Source: Bugula neritina
Lineage: Eukaryota; Animalia; Bryozoa
Length of the DNA: 64,000 nt
Reading direction: 5' to 3'
Assembly: GCA_964035545.1 (NCBI GenBank)
Contig: OZ037765.1
Span: 11,232,698 to 11,296,697 of the forward strand
This document shows, piece by piece, positions 13,016-29,719 of the stretch. The position numbers were made by a program, and so were the translations under genes. The notes beneath the pieces are model-generated. The model saw only the letters and a list, made by a program, of their open reading frames with translations, made no database searches and had not been told where the DNA came from. Within the stretch, counting starts at the first letter, position 1, and every line of letters begins with the position of its first letter.

Positions 13016-16000
13016 TTAAAGAGTTCCGGCTCGAAGGGCATCTTGATACGATGGTCCTGAATCTTTTTGTTCAGGGAACAATTTTATCATGTCATCAATT
13101 CGGAGGATAGTAATGGCTGCCTCGGTAGCAAATTTCAGACTTTTGATCTTGGATACTGCAGGCTCGAATACTCCAGCTTTTTTATTGTCTCTGACTGTTC
13201 CTTTTACTAAGTCTAGTCCCACCCTGCAACACAAGTATTTTATAGTACAACTTGGAATCTTGAAAAAATAGTGACAAGTGTTATATTAAACATGCTTCTG
13301 TGTAAAAAAATAACATGACTAACCATTTTAAGTTTTTGTGCTCAGCCTTCATTTGAGAGGTGTTGTGAAAAGCTCTAAGCTTAGAGACTAAATCAGTGGA
13401 GTCTTGTGCTGCATTTACTGCTAGCTGTTTAGGTATCACCAGTAGGGCTCGAGAAAACTCAGCTATAGCTAGCTGCTCACGTGAACTCTGCAAAATAAAT
13501 ATAACATTTTCCTATATTATATACAATATAATTGATGGAAGAAAGTCATTTCAATTATATTATTTGAGACTAAGGTATACTAAAATGCACCATAAAAAAC
13601 TAAAGCTGTCATTATTTAGGAAAATGTAAAAGGTTAGGCAATTGTTCTGCTGATTTAAAGTAAAAGTATGGCAATGCATGGCCATATCATGACCATGAAC
13701 AATCTATGGTTGGGAAACTAATGGAAAACCAGAAATACTCCATCTATACTCACCAAGGAAGTGGCAAGATTCTCCAGATAAATGCTGAGAGCAGCTTCAA
13801 CACACCCTCCACCAGGAACTACAGATTTAGACTCCAGCACTCTCTTCACAACACACAGTGCGTCATGCATTGACCTCTCCATTTCATCCACCATGAAGTC
13901 ATTGGCTCCACGTAAGATGATGGATGCAGCTGACCTAGACTTGGGTCTAGGTAAAGAAAAACAAGTAAATTAGACATCATGGTGAAAATATGGAATGTCC
14001 TTAAATAATCTATAGCTTCAATTGAAAATTTAGGCTTATTTGAAAACTTGATGGTGTATATTGTATAGTATTAAAATCACATGTAATTAGAAAATTTACA
14101 GAGGCATTTGGATGTACAAAACACAAATGCCGTTGCAAAAATCTTCCATTCACTAACAATTGCAATAAAACAGCATTGTTTTCAGAAAAAACTTCACAAC
14201 TTATGCAGTCAGTTGAACATGTTGGAAAATATTAATGATTATATTTTAGTCATAATACTAGAGTAGTTATTCTGCATTACACCAGGCTTACTTTAATATG
14301 TGCCTATTGTAAGCCTAGATTTGTTACTGTGGTCAGATTTTTTCCAAGATGATAGTACTCTTTCACCAATATGACCTGGACCAAAACATGCAACCCCATC
14401 CTAAATCTCTGGAAATGACATTTTAACTTTCCAATATCTCCAAACTAAGTAGCAATCCTTAAAGATCTAAGCAGTACATAAGTGAGAAGAAAATCCTAAA
14501 TCTCTTACCCCTTGATGAGTATTAGTTCATCATCGCATATTCTTTCTTGAACTATTTCTTCACAAGTTCCCAACATCGAGGCTTCAAAAGACTCTTCTCC
14601 CTCCATATTAGCCATTGTCATCATAAAAGTCGCTGAAAGTAACATTAGTGAACTGTCATAAATTCAAGCCGATGAAATTTAAAGCATCTAATAGGTAAGA
14701 TGGCCTTCTGATTTTGATTTTTTAACTAGAGTTATATTATAAAAAATAATGTAACAGAGATATATACTGCTAACTCATGAAGAGATAGACACCAAATTGG
14801 TATAACATTATGATAGGCATATTTATATTTTACGTGAGACTGCTATAAGAAATTTGATGGTAATAAACCAGAACACCCACCTCCAGTACATTTGGCTATT
14901 CTTTTCAAATCAACCTTCTTACATCTTCGAACTGCCATGGCACCAGCCTCAACAAAATATTTCAGACAGAGATCGTCAATTCCACCAGTGGTTAGAATCA
15001 CATTAGCACCTGTTGCTAAAATCTTCTGTATTCTATCTTTAGTGATATCAGCTTCCCTACAAACAGCAACATAGACTTCTATATATCATACTTAGACACA
15101 TTTAGTTTTATACACTAATAGTACACAGCTGGACTCAAATAATGTTTTTGCCGATGATAATTTTTGATTATAATGTAACAAGAAATAGCAGTCATTTTTT
15201 AACTTATCAAGTCTAACAAAACTATTGTCTTGCAGTAGGTGTCAACAAATAGCTCACCTTTGCCTAATCCCCTCCAGTTTTTCAGGGTCCTCTACAAGAA
15301 TTTGTATGCCTAACTTCAGTCTAGTTTTCTGTAAACTGAAATCCAAACAAGCAATTTTTGGGTTCACTATCCGTTTGGGCATCTGTTGAGAACCCACAGT
15401 GCAATTTAATGCATAACCATTTACTAGGACTGTTTCCTTAGCACTCTTGCCATGAGCTTTAAGGATGTTGACAGCTTTGATTGGATACCTGCAAGAGAAC
15501 TGCAACATTTGAGCAAATGCGCTTTGAAATATTAGCTTAACTTGACAATAATGATACCACTTAAAAATCTATCTTTAGATCACATTAGAAAACACTAGTA
15601 GGCATGCTCTCCATAATGTAAACGAAGTAACAGCAAACCAGGGTCAATGAGTAAACATATTTTGCAACATTACCTGACATTGCCCTTGGCATCTGTCATT
15701 TTAACAGCCATGGCAGCATCGACTACCATGTTAGAGAAAAACTCCGAGTCAGCTCCAATAATCTTACTGGACATTGATGTCTTGGCACAATTAATGATAC
15801 ATTCTCTTCCGAGGTCATCTGTTGAGATTGTCAAATTTTCTTGTATGTATTTACAAGCCTCTCTGCAATTCAATAAATTAACTAGTAATTTGTCGAGATG
15901 TAAATGTATGCATATGTTGAAGACATGTGAAAAAAAAACTTATAAAATCATACATTTCAGCCAAATATTTTTTTGAAATTAAGCGCCATTATATTAGTAA

Positions 16001-18437
16001 GGAGTGTGGTGTTGTGATCCCCAGTAGACTCCGTAGACTAATGTTTAGCACGCTCATTTGGAAGTTGAAAGTCCAATGTTCAATTCTGGTGGGGGCAGTT
16101 ATTTTCACAAAGAGTTTCTAGCACTTTGTAAAAATTCGAACTTTTAAAATTAATTGTTGCAAAGAGGAAGCCAAAGTATTCAAAACAAATCTGTTGAATA
16201 AAATACATCATACTTGCAGGCTAATCGGTATCCGCTGATCACTGAGGTTGGATGAATTTTCTGTCTGACAAGTTCATCAGCCAGCTTCAAAAGTTCAGCA
16301 GCAATTATTACAACAGAAGTTGTCCCATCTCCAACCTCTTCATCTTGCAGCTGAGCCAATTCGCACAATATTTTAGCTGCAGGATGCTCAACCTCCAACA
16401 GTTTTAAGATTGTCGCACCATCGTTTGTAATTGTCACATCCTACAACCAAAAATGCTTCTTGAAATTTCTAAAAGGAAATCATTTTCTACTTTCCATCTA
16501 TAAAATAGGAAATATCATAACTTTTACACAAGTTAACAAGCTTAAAATGTACAAAATACTTACCCCTACATCATCAACAAGCATTTTATCAAGGCCAACA
16601 GGTCCTAAACTGCTCTTTACTATGTTAGCAATAGTAGCCGCAGCAGAAACTAAAACAAGAAAATGTTAGTCAATAGTTACCTTTGGGTAAATTGCACACA
16701 CAAATAAACTAAGCAAACAACAACAACAACGGTACTGCCTAACAGCTTTATTAACCAAAATACTGTTTATATAAACTATGTAGACAATTTCTGCATCATA
16801 ACACCTAATAATTAAAAAGGTTAATTATATAAAAAATAGTTATATTGTCAAGCTCAGACTTAAAGTTTGAGGACTTGGCTAGATACTCAGCATTTGATAT
16901 GAAATAGATTGTTAAGAAGGTGAATATTTATTCATAGATAGCAGCTGACAGTGCTAAGGTCAATTACACGTGAATGTAATGAATTACAATTACATGGTAA
17001 TGTAATTAATTACAATTACTTTTGTTTTCACAAGGGATAAATAGAAGTTATGCAACGTCACTTCTAGGGTCTAACTACCTGGGGCAATTTTGACAGTGGA
17101 GAATCTCCTTTGTTTTAACAGTAATACAGTACTACATTGAATTAATCTGAACGTGTTATTTAACATTAGGCATGGTAGGAAAAGAATGCAACTTTCAGGA
17201 TTTAAACTTTGAAGTAATTGGCATGTAATTATAAAGTAATTGTAAAAATCAATTACATTAGATATGTAATTAATTACAATTACATTGTTATACATCAATT
17301 ACAAATTACACTTAATTACTTGAGAAAAAGTAATTAATTACAACCAATTACAATTACCCCAACCCTTGCAGCTGATGCATTAAATCATAGTATTAACATT
17401 AACTCATTTACTTCCTACCCTCATTCTATCACTCTACATTAAATCAGAAGCAGACAGCAAGGTCAAAGGAGTTGAAAGAATAAAAAGTGTGAAAAATTTT
17501 TCTGCACCTGCATTCATAACAATTTCATCAATTTAATAGCCTATGATTAAATCAGACAACTAACTATTAATTAATCAAAGCCTTATACAACTTTTGTTAA
17601 TTTAAGGTGCCTGTGACTAATCAGTTATAACTATAAGTTCAAGTGTAACCATAGGCATATGCATGAACTTTTAGCAACTTGTAATCCTAGTAATTCTTAA
17701 GACTAACCCATATATTTAAAACATTAACTGAACAGTGTGGGTGTGATTGCGAGTGTAAAAGTAAGTCAGTATGACTATGACTCTATGAGTACGATAATGA
17801 TCAATAATAACAGTAACCTAAACTGTAAGTGACTAAGTGTTGAACTCGATGCGTATGACTTGCTTCAACTTGGAGTTGGAGTTTATAATTATAGTTATAC
17901 TTCTAGTTGACGGCAACAATGATTGCTGTACTATAATTATTCAATTTTGTATACTCGCAATTGCACTATAATTTACATTTTTATTTTAGTTTTACAATCA
18001 GTATCACAATGACATAGACAATGACTATGAGTGCATCACTATGAAGCGGCAATCACTTGAAGTTGATAAATACAACGATGACGTAGCTTCACCATTTTCG
18101 GCTTGTTTAGCTTCACTTAAATTAGCACGAATTAAATTATCACTATCACTGTGGCTGGTCTATTACTAGTAGTCTTAGTATTACTATTAATATTATTATT
18201 AGTAATACTAATAGAAAGTTCCAGAACAAAAACGGAAATCAGAATCGGCAAGCAACGATAATTGCAATCAAATACGGTCTTGGACAATAGCCATAGAATT
18301 TCAATTACAAATACAACCAGAATAAGATATTCTTCAAATCTCTAAAATAAAACTGCTAACAAACCATTTTGAGTTCTAATAGAACTGCCACTAGTTCGAG
18401 TACCACCAACACTCAAAGCAGACTGGGTTGAAGCCAT
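13016..18437 (-). CDS. TCP1: T-complex protein 1 subunit alpha (CCT1)
   Basis: Exons 18365-18437, 16564-16649, 16214-16440, 15674-15862, 15258-15488, 14881-15056, 14509-14632, 13754-13946, 13324-13487 and 13016-13223. Motifs [28 protein letters not shown] and [15 protein letters not shown]. Confidence 0.98.
16021..16108 (+). mobile_element. tRNA-like SINE fragment (family 1)
   Basis: ccagtagactccgtagactaatgtttagcac...gttcaattctggtgggggcagttatttt aligns by eye with 4064-4135. Confidence 0.55.
16949..17367. mobile_element. hAT-type MITE with an 8-bp TSD and many aattac/gtaatt sub-repeats
   Basis: gcagctga is duplicated at 16941-16948 and 17368-17375. Ends cagtgctaagg...ccccaaccctt. Confidence 0.8.
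17610..18212. repeat. Promoter-flanking periodic tract (TCP1 intron 1)
   Basis: agtatgactatgact, aattatagttatactt, actagtagtcttagtattactattaatattattattagtaatactaat. Confidence 0.8.
18213..18227. promoter_or_regulatory. Candidate heat-shock element
   Basis: aGAAagTTCcaGAAc is three alternating nGAAn units, about 140 bp into TCP1 intron 1. A two-unit gTTCtaGAAt lies at 18580-18589. Confidence 0.45.
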
Positions 18438-18800
18438 GATGATAGAAGTTTAGAATGAATGAAAAGCTTGATAGATTGAGCTCTTAATCGGAGACTCTTG
18501 ACTATAGCCGTATGTCAAGAATGAAAAAGAGAGCTATAGCTTGACCGACGCAGACTCGCTTTCGACGAGAGTTGCGTTTGTTCTAGAATCGAGATGCTAT
18601 AGTTATCTTTCCTTGACTACATATTGCGCTTCTTTTTTAAGAATTCACAAACGAATAGACCACAGAGTCGAGTACTCTAAATATCGAAATTCGAAAGTAT
18701 CAACGGTGCTAAACTGTTGGTATTTTGTAGTTTCGGCAGTTCCATTTAAAGGTCAAGGGTTAGAGGGCATACATTACTCCAGCGTGATATGCACATTAGC
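18438..18800. promoter_or_regulatory. Inferred bidirectional promoter of TCP1/crotonase gene
   Basis: Dense CpG cluster immediately upstream of the TCP1 ATG, between divergent genes. Confidence 0.7.
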
Positions 18801-19615
18801 CCTTTGTACCACTCTGGTTCTAGTCACTAAATGGGGCAATATAATATCAATATGTACTTTAACTTATATGCTCTTTAACTCTTTGTACAATCCTAATTTT
18901 TTTTATGGGAATCACTTGAACTAGCACAAAGTTTGGGATGAGTACAACTACAGTGATATCGAGTTCGGAAGGTTTAGACTTGGAAACCATACGACTGCTT
19001 TCAGTGACTTCAAACCTTATGCTGCATCTAGCAATTTCTAATTCCAAGTTGTTGTACAGCATACATAATATCATACTAGCGCTACGTTTACTAGGCATAT
19101 TAAATCACCAATGATAAAATTATATGTATTCGCTCATCCTCAATAAAGCTTTGTGTGCTTTGGTACTATTAGTATTTGGCATGGGACAAAAAGATCTTGT
19201 TAACAGTAACTAGCCCTAGGTTATGGGATCGTGGTAGTGGTACTACGTCTACTCACTCACAGTGTTGCTGTTACTGTTAGTCACTAGTGTAAGTCAAAGT
19301 GTTACACTTACTGTTACTGTTAGTAACACTGTGTTAGTGTTACTCACTTACAGTTACTGTTAGTGTTACTCATACTGTTAGTGTTACTAGTTAACTTAAA
19401 GTTAAAGTTAAACTAAGATTTTGCTCTCGTGGTTTAGGTTATACTCAAGTTTTAGTTCAAGTTATATTTTCAGTATTACTATTACTGTATTAGTATTAGT
19501 ACTACTTTTACTTGTAGTAAATATAATAATATTTACTCGTCGCAAGGTGAATGTTCCTTATTTTAATTTATACTAAATTTATAGGAAGCATCAAACATCG
19601 AGACTCAAGTTCAAT

Positions 19616-22765
<3,150 letters not shown>

Positions 22766-23978
22766 CAGTTGCCTAAACATGCAAATATTAACTTTGATAA
22801 TTAACATGCATTTACTTTTATGTAAACATTTTTATTATTTTTTATAATGTAGTTTATCACTAATTCATTGCAATGTTTTTTCCCATAAAATGAAACTTGA
22901 AATGAATAAAACAGTTTAATTTTACTTTATTAACAAATTGTAGTGATTTAAAGAGGTTACAATTTAGTCAGTAAGCTAGGATAGAACTCTAAAAAGCAAA
23001 TATTTCATTTGAGCAAAGGCTTAAAACATACCAGGAGAAAATTAAGGAAATAAATACAATTTACTGAGCAAAAAATCACCATTGTTGACTTAATTGCTGT
23101 AGCACTCTTAAATGTAATGAAGTTGCTTGATCAGCTGGCTACGTGTTGCACAGTGCATCAATTTATCAATTGCCATCAATATGACAAAAGTTGCCACCTG
23201 GGTGGTAAACGATATCATGTTAAAAGTTTCAACCATTTACCCAACATCTGCTTTTTTGCTATACTCACCTTTGCTAGCCACTAGTTCTTTTACACCTGGA
23301 GTTCCATTTCTTTTAATTATTAATTATTAAATTTGACAAATATTATATTTTGCGTAATAGTAGCAGCTCTATTTAGGTCCTTGCCATTCTATTTAAACAT
23401 ATTGAATCAGGCATAAACAATATTCCAAGGTTTCATGTAATGCTTGGCTATTTAATCTATGATGACTAATAAATATAACTTCTTACTGTTGGAGAAACTC
23501 TTGATAGATGATGACTTTGATATGCCGATGGCAAGTCTTATTGGCTCAAATAGCTGCTGGAGCAAAATTATGAAATACAACATATGAGAAAATCTTTTTT
23601 ACAAAATGAAAATCACCATTAAATAATCATGGAAAAAATCTAAGAAGTCGCAGTAGGTTTTACAAATATTATTTGATGACAAAAAGAGAAAGTGGATACT
23701 CATACAAAGTAAATATAGTAGATGGGTGCAAGCACCCAGCATACACAATTAGTTGTATAAATAATTTATAGTAGCTATTCTAGACTTCCCATTGAACTGT
23801 TTGAAGTGTTACTATCATAGTGTACATTGCCATGTTATAAGACAGTCAAGGGTAAATTTATATGGACTTGTCATAGCTTATCAGTGATATAAATAGTGAA
23901 AAAAGCTATTTAGGAGTATATGATTACAAAATATATATATAATATAGCTTGAGCAATGGCACTTTACTGTCAAGTTAT

Positions 23979-26900
23979 TCAAGTAGCAGGCCCCTGCATG
24001 TACCCATTGCTCAAACCTGTGTCATTTAAGTACTTGGATGACTTTTGCTTAGTGTTCTCTTTCAATTCAAATACCTCTTGAATAGCTGTCCGAAAGCAGT
24101 GGAAATTGTAGTCTATCAATCCTACAGCACATGTACGCACCTTGTGTCATGATTTTTGCTTACATTATTGCAACTTTCAATTCTAATTGTTAGCTTTTTA
24201 GTCAGAATGCATTTCAGCTGGTCACGTAAGATATATAAAAGTTAATAATTACAAAATGCTCCAAGAAGTATACCATAGTTGAAAGCTCAGTGCTTTAACT
24301 TTAAAACAATTTAAAGTTTACCATATTCACCATAAACTTATCTAGTGGGGCAGGGGGAGGGAATTGTAATAAAGTTTACCACAAAATGCATCTTAAAATC
24401 TTTTGGAAGATCAAGTTTTTGATAATATCATGATCAGGGTGATACAGGGTAAAATTAGCTGAAAATTTTTCTTTTAATAAAGATTTTAGGTTTTTTGTAA
24501 TAAACTATACATATATATTATATTATACATATTGACACTATACCTTGCTTGTCAAAGTTTTCCTCTCTTAGAATGCAGACTAAAGCTAAACATCTGTTTA
24601 CTTCCCGAAGGTAAAGTACTGTGCCATTGTTAAGTTTTATAGTAGAGGACGATTTGTTGTCAAATGCAGTGGCTTCATCTTCAAGTGCTCTAATTTTACA
24701 AAGAAAGTAAAAAAGATAACAATCTTGTCTACGAGTCATAATGTTGACTAATAATTAGGTAGTTTAAAATAAAATAAATACTCCATCGTTATAAAATATA
24801 ACTATGTCACTGTATAAGGCAAGACATTTTTGGATTACAAAAGTAGCATTACTAAAAAATTATGCTGTACTGCATGGCTTGAAACATAATTATATCTTTA
24901 TGAGCACAATTGTATGACAGCAACAAAAAGAAGCGAATTTTAAATTTTCAACCAAAGTAGGAGTAGTACTGCACTTACCCATATATACAAGAAATATCTA
25001 TGACCACATCAATCATGTCGCAACACAACTCATATGACTGCATATCCACAGGCATGCAGTCAGTAGCAATGTATATTTTGCTTACTACATCAAATAAGAA
25101 TGCCTTCTCTATGCAAGAGTTCTGAAAAAAAAACAGTTAAAAGAAGATGAAACTGTAAACACTAATGCTGAATGAGTGAGAGGTTTAAAACAATAAAAAA
25201 GTGAGCAGCAAATTTAAGCAGCCCTTTTTTTGACCTGTCACTATCCATGAAAAAATCGTCAGGTTTTAAATAGCACTTGTAGATAGTTACATAATACAAT
25301 GATGAAAAAGCATTACCTGTATGAGTATATTGAGAAGATGTTCCAGTGTTGGCAACTGAGGTATTAGTTTCTGTACAACTTTACTGAATGCTTCAAATAT
25401 GGAGTGATCATATATACTTGTTAAATAAAAGCTAAAATAGACAATATTATTGTACCAATTATTCCATTGTATCAAAATCAACTGAGATAATATTTTGGTG
25501 TGTCATTTTGGGAAAAAAGTAGCACACGGATTCACAGTGTTTGTGATGCAGCCATTATTTGTCAGAAATCCACAAAAAAAATTTATTTGAAAAAACTCTC
25601 GATGTTCAAATAAATGTTTTAGAAGACAAATACTATAATGAAGAAAAGAACAGGTAAAAGTTACCTAAATGTGATGTCAAGGCCTGCTTCCTGCAAATCA
25701 TCATTCGCTCTTTGATGAATATCTCGCTGCTTGTCCATTTTATCATCATCAGAGAGGCCATCTACTTTGTGTATGAAAACTTCAAACTTGATGTGTGGAT
25801 TCACCTTGTATGCTCTTGTAGTTGTCTGTCTTAAGCGAATTAAGGCATCCGTGTAGTCATCCTAGAATGTATACCACAAAGAAGCCTTTTGGTGTAGAGA
25901 GCTAGTATGGTATAATAACATTGTCTAGCTGTGAGTATGCATAAAATCATAAATTAAATATAATAAAAATTGAATATGCAAAAATAAAGTAACTTAGTAT
26001 AAAAGGTATTTAGCCTACAAACCTGAGCATCAATAACAAAGATTAGAGCACCGCATCCACCGAAAATAGTATCCGAGTCAAATGTGTGGTCAAAAAAGTC
26101 AATTTGCCCAGGAAAGTCCCAAATTTGGAATTGGATAAATGAGTTGTTTGAAATGTCTACAAAGACACATGATACAAAAATATGGAGCCATACTGTATCT
26201 AAAATTCTATATCTTATTGAAAATATAATAAAATTGTTCAAATGTAGATATTACCTTCTTTCACAATCTTTGGTGTACTGTCTAAGAAGAGGGTTTCATT
26301 TGGAGACATCTTTGTAAATACAACTTTTTGAATAGATGATTTCCCACTTCTGCAACAAATTATGCTAAGTTTAAATAATTGCAAATAAATTAAAGTAGCA
26401 AACAGCACCCATCAAGAGTTATTATTAAATCATGTGCTATGTTCATTACATTAAGTACTTGCAAAATAAATTAAAAAAACCAAATTTAGCTGAATACCTT
26501 TTTAGTCCCATTAGTAAAATTCTAGGTTTATTATCGGATGACATGGGGGCACCAGGAAAAGGGTCCTGATCATTATCATCTTCATACCCATAGCCTAATT
26601 GCTTGGAAAAAGAGCCAACTGGCATTTGGCTATACCCAAACGGTTCTTCATCTTCTTGATTGTAACTCTAAAATGGTAGTAGAAGCTACATAGAATTATT
26701 TTCATTTTTTTATAAAAAACTAACGCAAGTTTATAGTCACCATCCCTGTGAGAACCCCTAGTGGAAATGGGTTTTTGTTATATCGGGCTAAAGACTTATT
26801 CAGATGAGGCACAGGAGCAATTATGACTGGATGCTCTTCCTAACATCACCAATGGCCTTTGTCGGGGTTCGAACCCATGACTTCGTGCTTACTAAGCAAC

Positions 26901-27059
26901 GCTCTAACCCCTAGCCCACGACTGCTCCCTCAGTTTTCCTTTTCTTATACAAGTGTTGTAAAATTTAAAATACTGTGAAAATACAGAAGGGCAGAAAATA
27001 AAGAAGTGCAAAGCATTAGATACAGCCAAAATGAATTGAAATCTTATGCAATTTACCAT
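23979..27059 (-). CDS. RRAGC: Ras-related GTP-binding protein C/D (RagC/D, Gtr2 orthologue)
   Basis: The ATG is the last 3 nt of exon 27057-27162. Then exons 26498-26667, 26255-26349, 26023-26156, 25665-25861, 25317-25431, 24979-25121, 24544-24689 and 23979-24121. Motifs [28 protein letters not shown] and TSIYDHS. RagC versus RagD is not separable in an invertebrate. Confidence 0.95.
26730..26931 (-). mobile_element. tRNA-derived SINE (family 2), best-preserved copy
   Basis: Minus strand: gtgggctaggggttagagcg (A-box-like) ... gggttcgaacccc (B box), followed by a non-tRNA body shared with 6180-6350. Confidence 0.8.
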
Positions 27060-27879
27060 TGTAAACTACAGTGCGGGAGGTCTGTTAAACCATTAACCGT
27101 CAAGTATAATAAGCTGGGCTCTGTTCTCAGCTAACAAGTTTGCATATATATCCACTTGGTACCTGCAATATACGGAGGAGCACGTGAAAATTTTTTTGAA
27201 TATGAATTAAATCATGATTGCTACAGTTACAAGCACTAGATATTAAAATATACAAAAATATCTTGGCTACAATTTAAGAATAGAATCAAAGGTGCAAATT
27301 AAACAAATATCTTTAACGCTGGTTGTGTGATCTAAAAATATTTACAGTAATGGTGACTATAAACTTGGGTTTAAGTATTTAAGTGATCACGATAAGATCA
27401 CACAAAATCAGTAATTTTTATAGTTCAAACTTGGCTAGAAATTTCTTTATGTAATGAATATTTATATTTGTCAGTTCACAATCATAATCACAAAAATGTT
27501 CCACCTGATTTTCCGTTGATACATCATATTCATAATGATAATTGGAAACTGTACAATAGCTGTAGCTAAACTAATAACACTCGCAGTGAATGCTACGGTT
27601 AAATAAAATTATTATATCTAGTTTTTTTATTGAATCATACTTTAAAATCTATAAAATATATATTTTTAATTTTTAGTACTATGAATAACAGCCATAATAT
27701 AAGCACTAGACATCAAATGCAGTTATAGTTTTATTTACTAGTAAAAGTTATTACAAGTCTCATAGTGTTAGTGGGTATTATTTACCATATCATTATACAA
27801 TTATAAACACAATCACAGCAAAGAATTTACTAATTTAGTACTTTAACTTTAGCATTAAATTTACGCTATGTTTACCAAG

Positions 27880-28605
27880 TCTAGTATAAGTACTTGGCAT
27901 TGCATTTTTCAATTGATATAGGTGAAATAGTATTACCATCAATACCATTCGAAGTTACCAAGTTGCTTGGTGATAATTTGATGGTAATTCTTATTATACC
28001 TAAAATGTAAATATAATGTAAAAGTAGCTTGCCCTCTCCTCTCGACTTTATTTTTGAGCTAATTCAGCAAATGCAAGGCTTTTGATGGAACTCTTGAAAA
28101 GGGAAAAATGTAGAAACTTAGTTAACTGTAAATTACAGTCAAGCGAATCGTCAGAATATCTTAATTTTATATTGTTGATTGATGAGTTGCATTAACATAA
28201 GTGTTGACACTATAATTGCATAGGCAGCAGACAAGTAGCAAAGAAAGACTGACATTATAAAACAGCAGTTGCAGTGGCAATAATACATTTATATCCTACC
28301 TAAAATAAACAAGAATCAATAAAGTATCGGAAAGAACGTCCTAATCACAGCATCACTTAAAGCACTTTTGTTGTCTAATCAAGCCTCTGCCACACCTACT
28401 GATGTTGGAAACATAATTATATAAATAATCTTTATTTAAGTTGACTTGGTCCTTTTCATAACCCCTTTTTGACTTCCATCAGTCAAAAAGCTCTGTATCC
28501 AATTAGCAATAATGGGTCAATCCTCTAATTTACCCAATTTTTTATGAATAGCAAATGAGGAACATTATCGAAGGCCTTTTTGAAATCTAGAATTGCTGCA
28601 TGAGT
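27880..28605 (-). mobile_element. Degraded non-LTR retrotransposon (LINE) reverse transcriptase fragment
   Basis: Minus strand ILDFKKAFDNVPH, then frameshifted NWIQSFLTDGSQ, both typical of LINE RT. Many stops. The lower boundary is approximate. Confidence 0.75.
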
Positions 28606-28609
28606 AGTT

Positions 28610-29560
28610 GATGAGTTGTTATATTTATACTTATAGTTATATTGAAAGTATAAAAAAAAATTAAAATAGTTTACGTTATTCAACTTCAACTTGAACTTCA
28701 AGAATAACAAAAAACACATAAACTATAAGTATAAGTATAACTATAACCATAAGTGATAAGTACAACTATTAACTATAAGTTAAAGCTAAAGTATTACTAT
28801 TCAACTGAATTAAAAGTAAAACCAACAGTAACACTAACACTAACAGTTTAAGTCACACTTACAGTAACTTTAACTTCAAGTTTATGTATAACATTAAGTT
28901 TAACTATAAGTATAGTCTATAAATATAAGACTTTATAGGTATTACTATTAGTATAACATTATGATTATCAATAAGAGTTTATACTAAATTGAAATAAGTA
29001 TAGTAAGTATTACTATTACTATTAGTATTATATTTAAAGTGCATTTAATAGTTTAAGTTAGAACAAAAACTTTAACTATAAGTATGAACTGAAAATAACT
29101 TTAATTTTAAGTACTATTACTGAGTATTAGTATTACAGTAAATATAAATATAATACTATTACTATAACTATTACTATTAGTATTAGTATTACAACTATAA
29201 ATATAATGATAATTCTTTAACTTTAAGACTTAATTTTAAGTTTAATATAATTTATAATAAATTTAATTATAAATAATAATAGTAATATCATTATGATTAT
29301 TAATAATTTTAATTTTATTACACTTTGACTTAGTCTTACGGTTAGTGTTACTGTTAGTGTTAGTGTTACAGCGACAGCCGATAATCATAATAATTATTTA
29401 CATCAATATTATTTCTTTAATAATTAGCATTATTATTATACAACCATAAAATTACAATGATGAATGGTTTGGTTTTCTTTTAAAATTGACCAGAAACCTA
29501 AACCTTAAAGTTAATAGTTGTGACTTGACCTAACTTAGTCTTACGTTGAAGTTAAAGACA
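28610..29560. repeat. Promoter-flanking periodic tract (RagC/D first intron)
   Basis: actataagtataagtataactataacc, agtaacactaacactaacagt, gttagtgttactgttagtgttagtgttac. Confidence 0.9.
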
Positions 29561-29719
29561 AACTTTATTTACAAAACTGAACACCAGTTAAAAGTTAGCT
29601 AGTTACTTTTTTAGCCTAATTTTATATCATTTAGTTCTGATTTGCTAGTTATAACATACTGCATTTAATGAAGTTGATAAATCTATAAAAACATAAACTA
29701 ATCTAAGGCTACAACTCAT

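Noticed and set aside
18541-19098. 127-aa and 79-aa ORFs between TCP1 and the crotonase gene
   Set aside because: No recognisable motifs; the longer one starts at TTG; they overlie the promoter/5'-UTR.
26860-26931. Functional tRNA on the minus strand
   Set aside because: The acceptor stem does not pair, and the sequence continues into a body shared with other dispersed copies.
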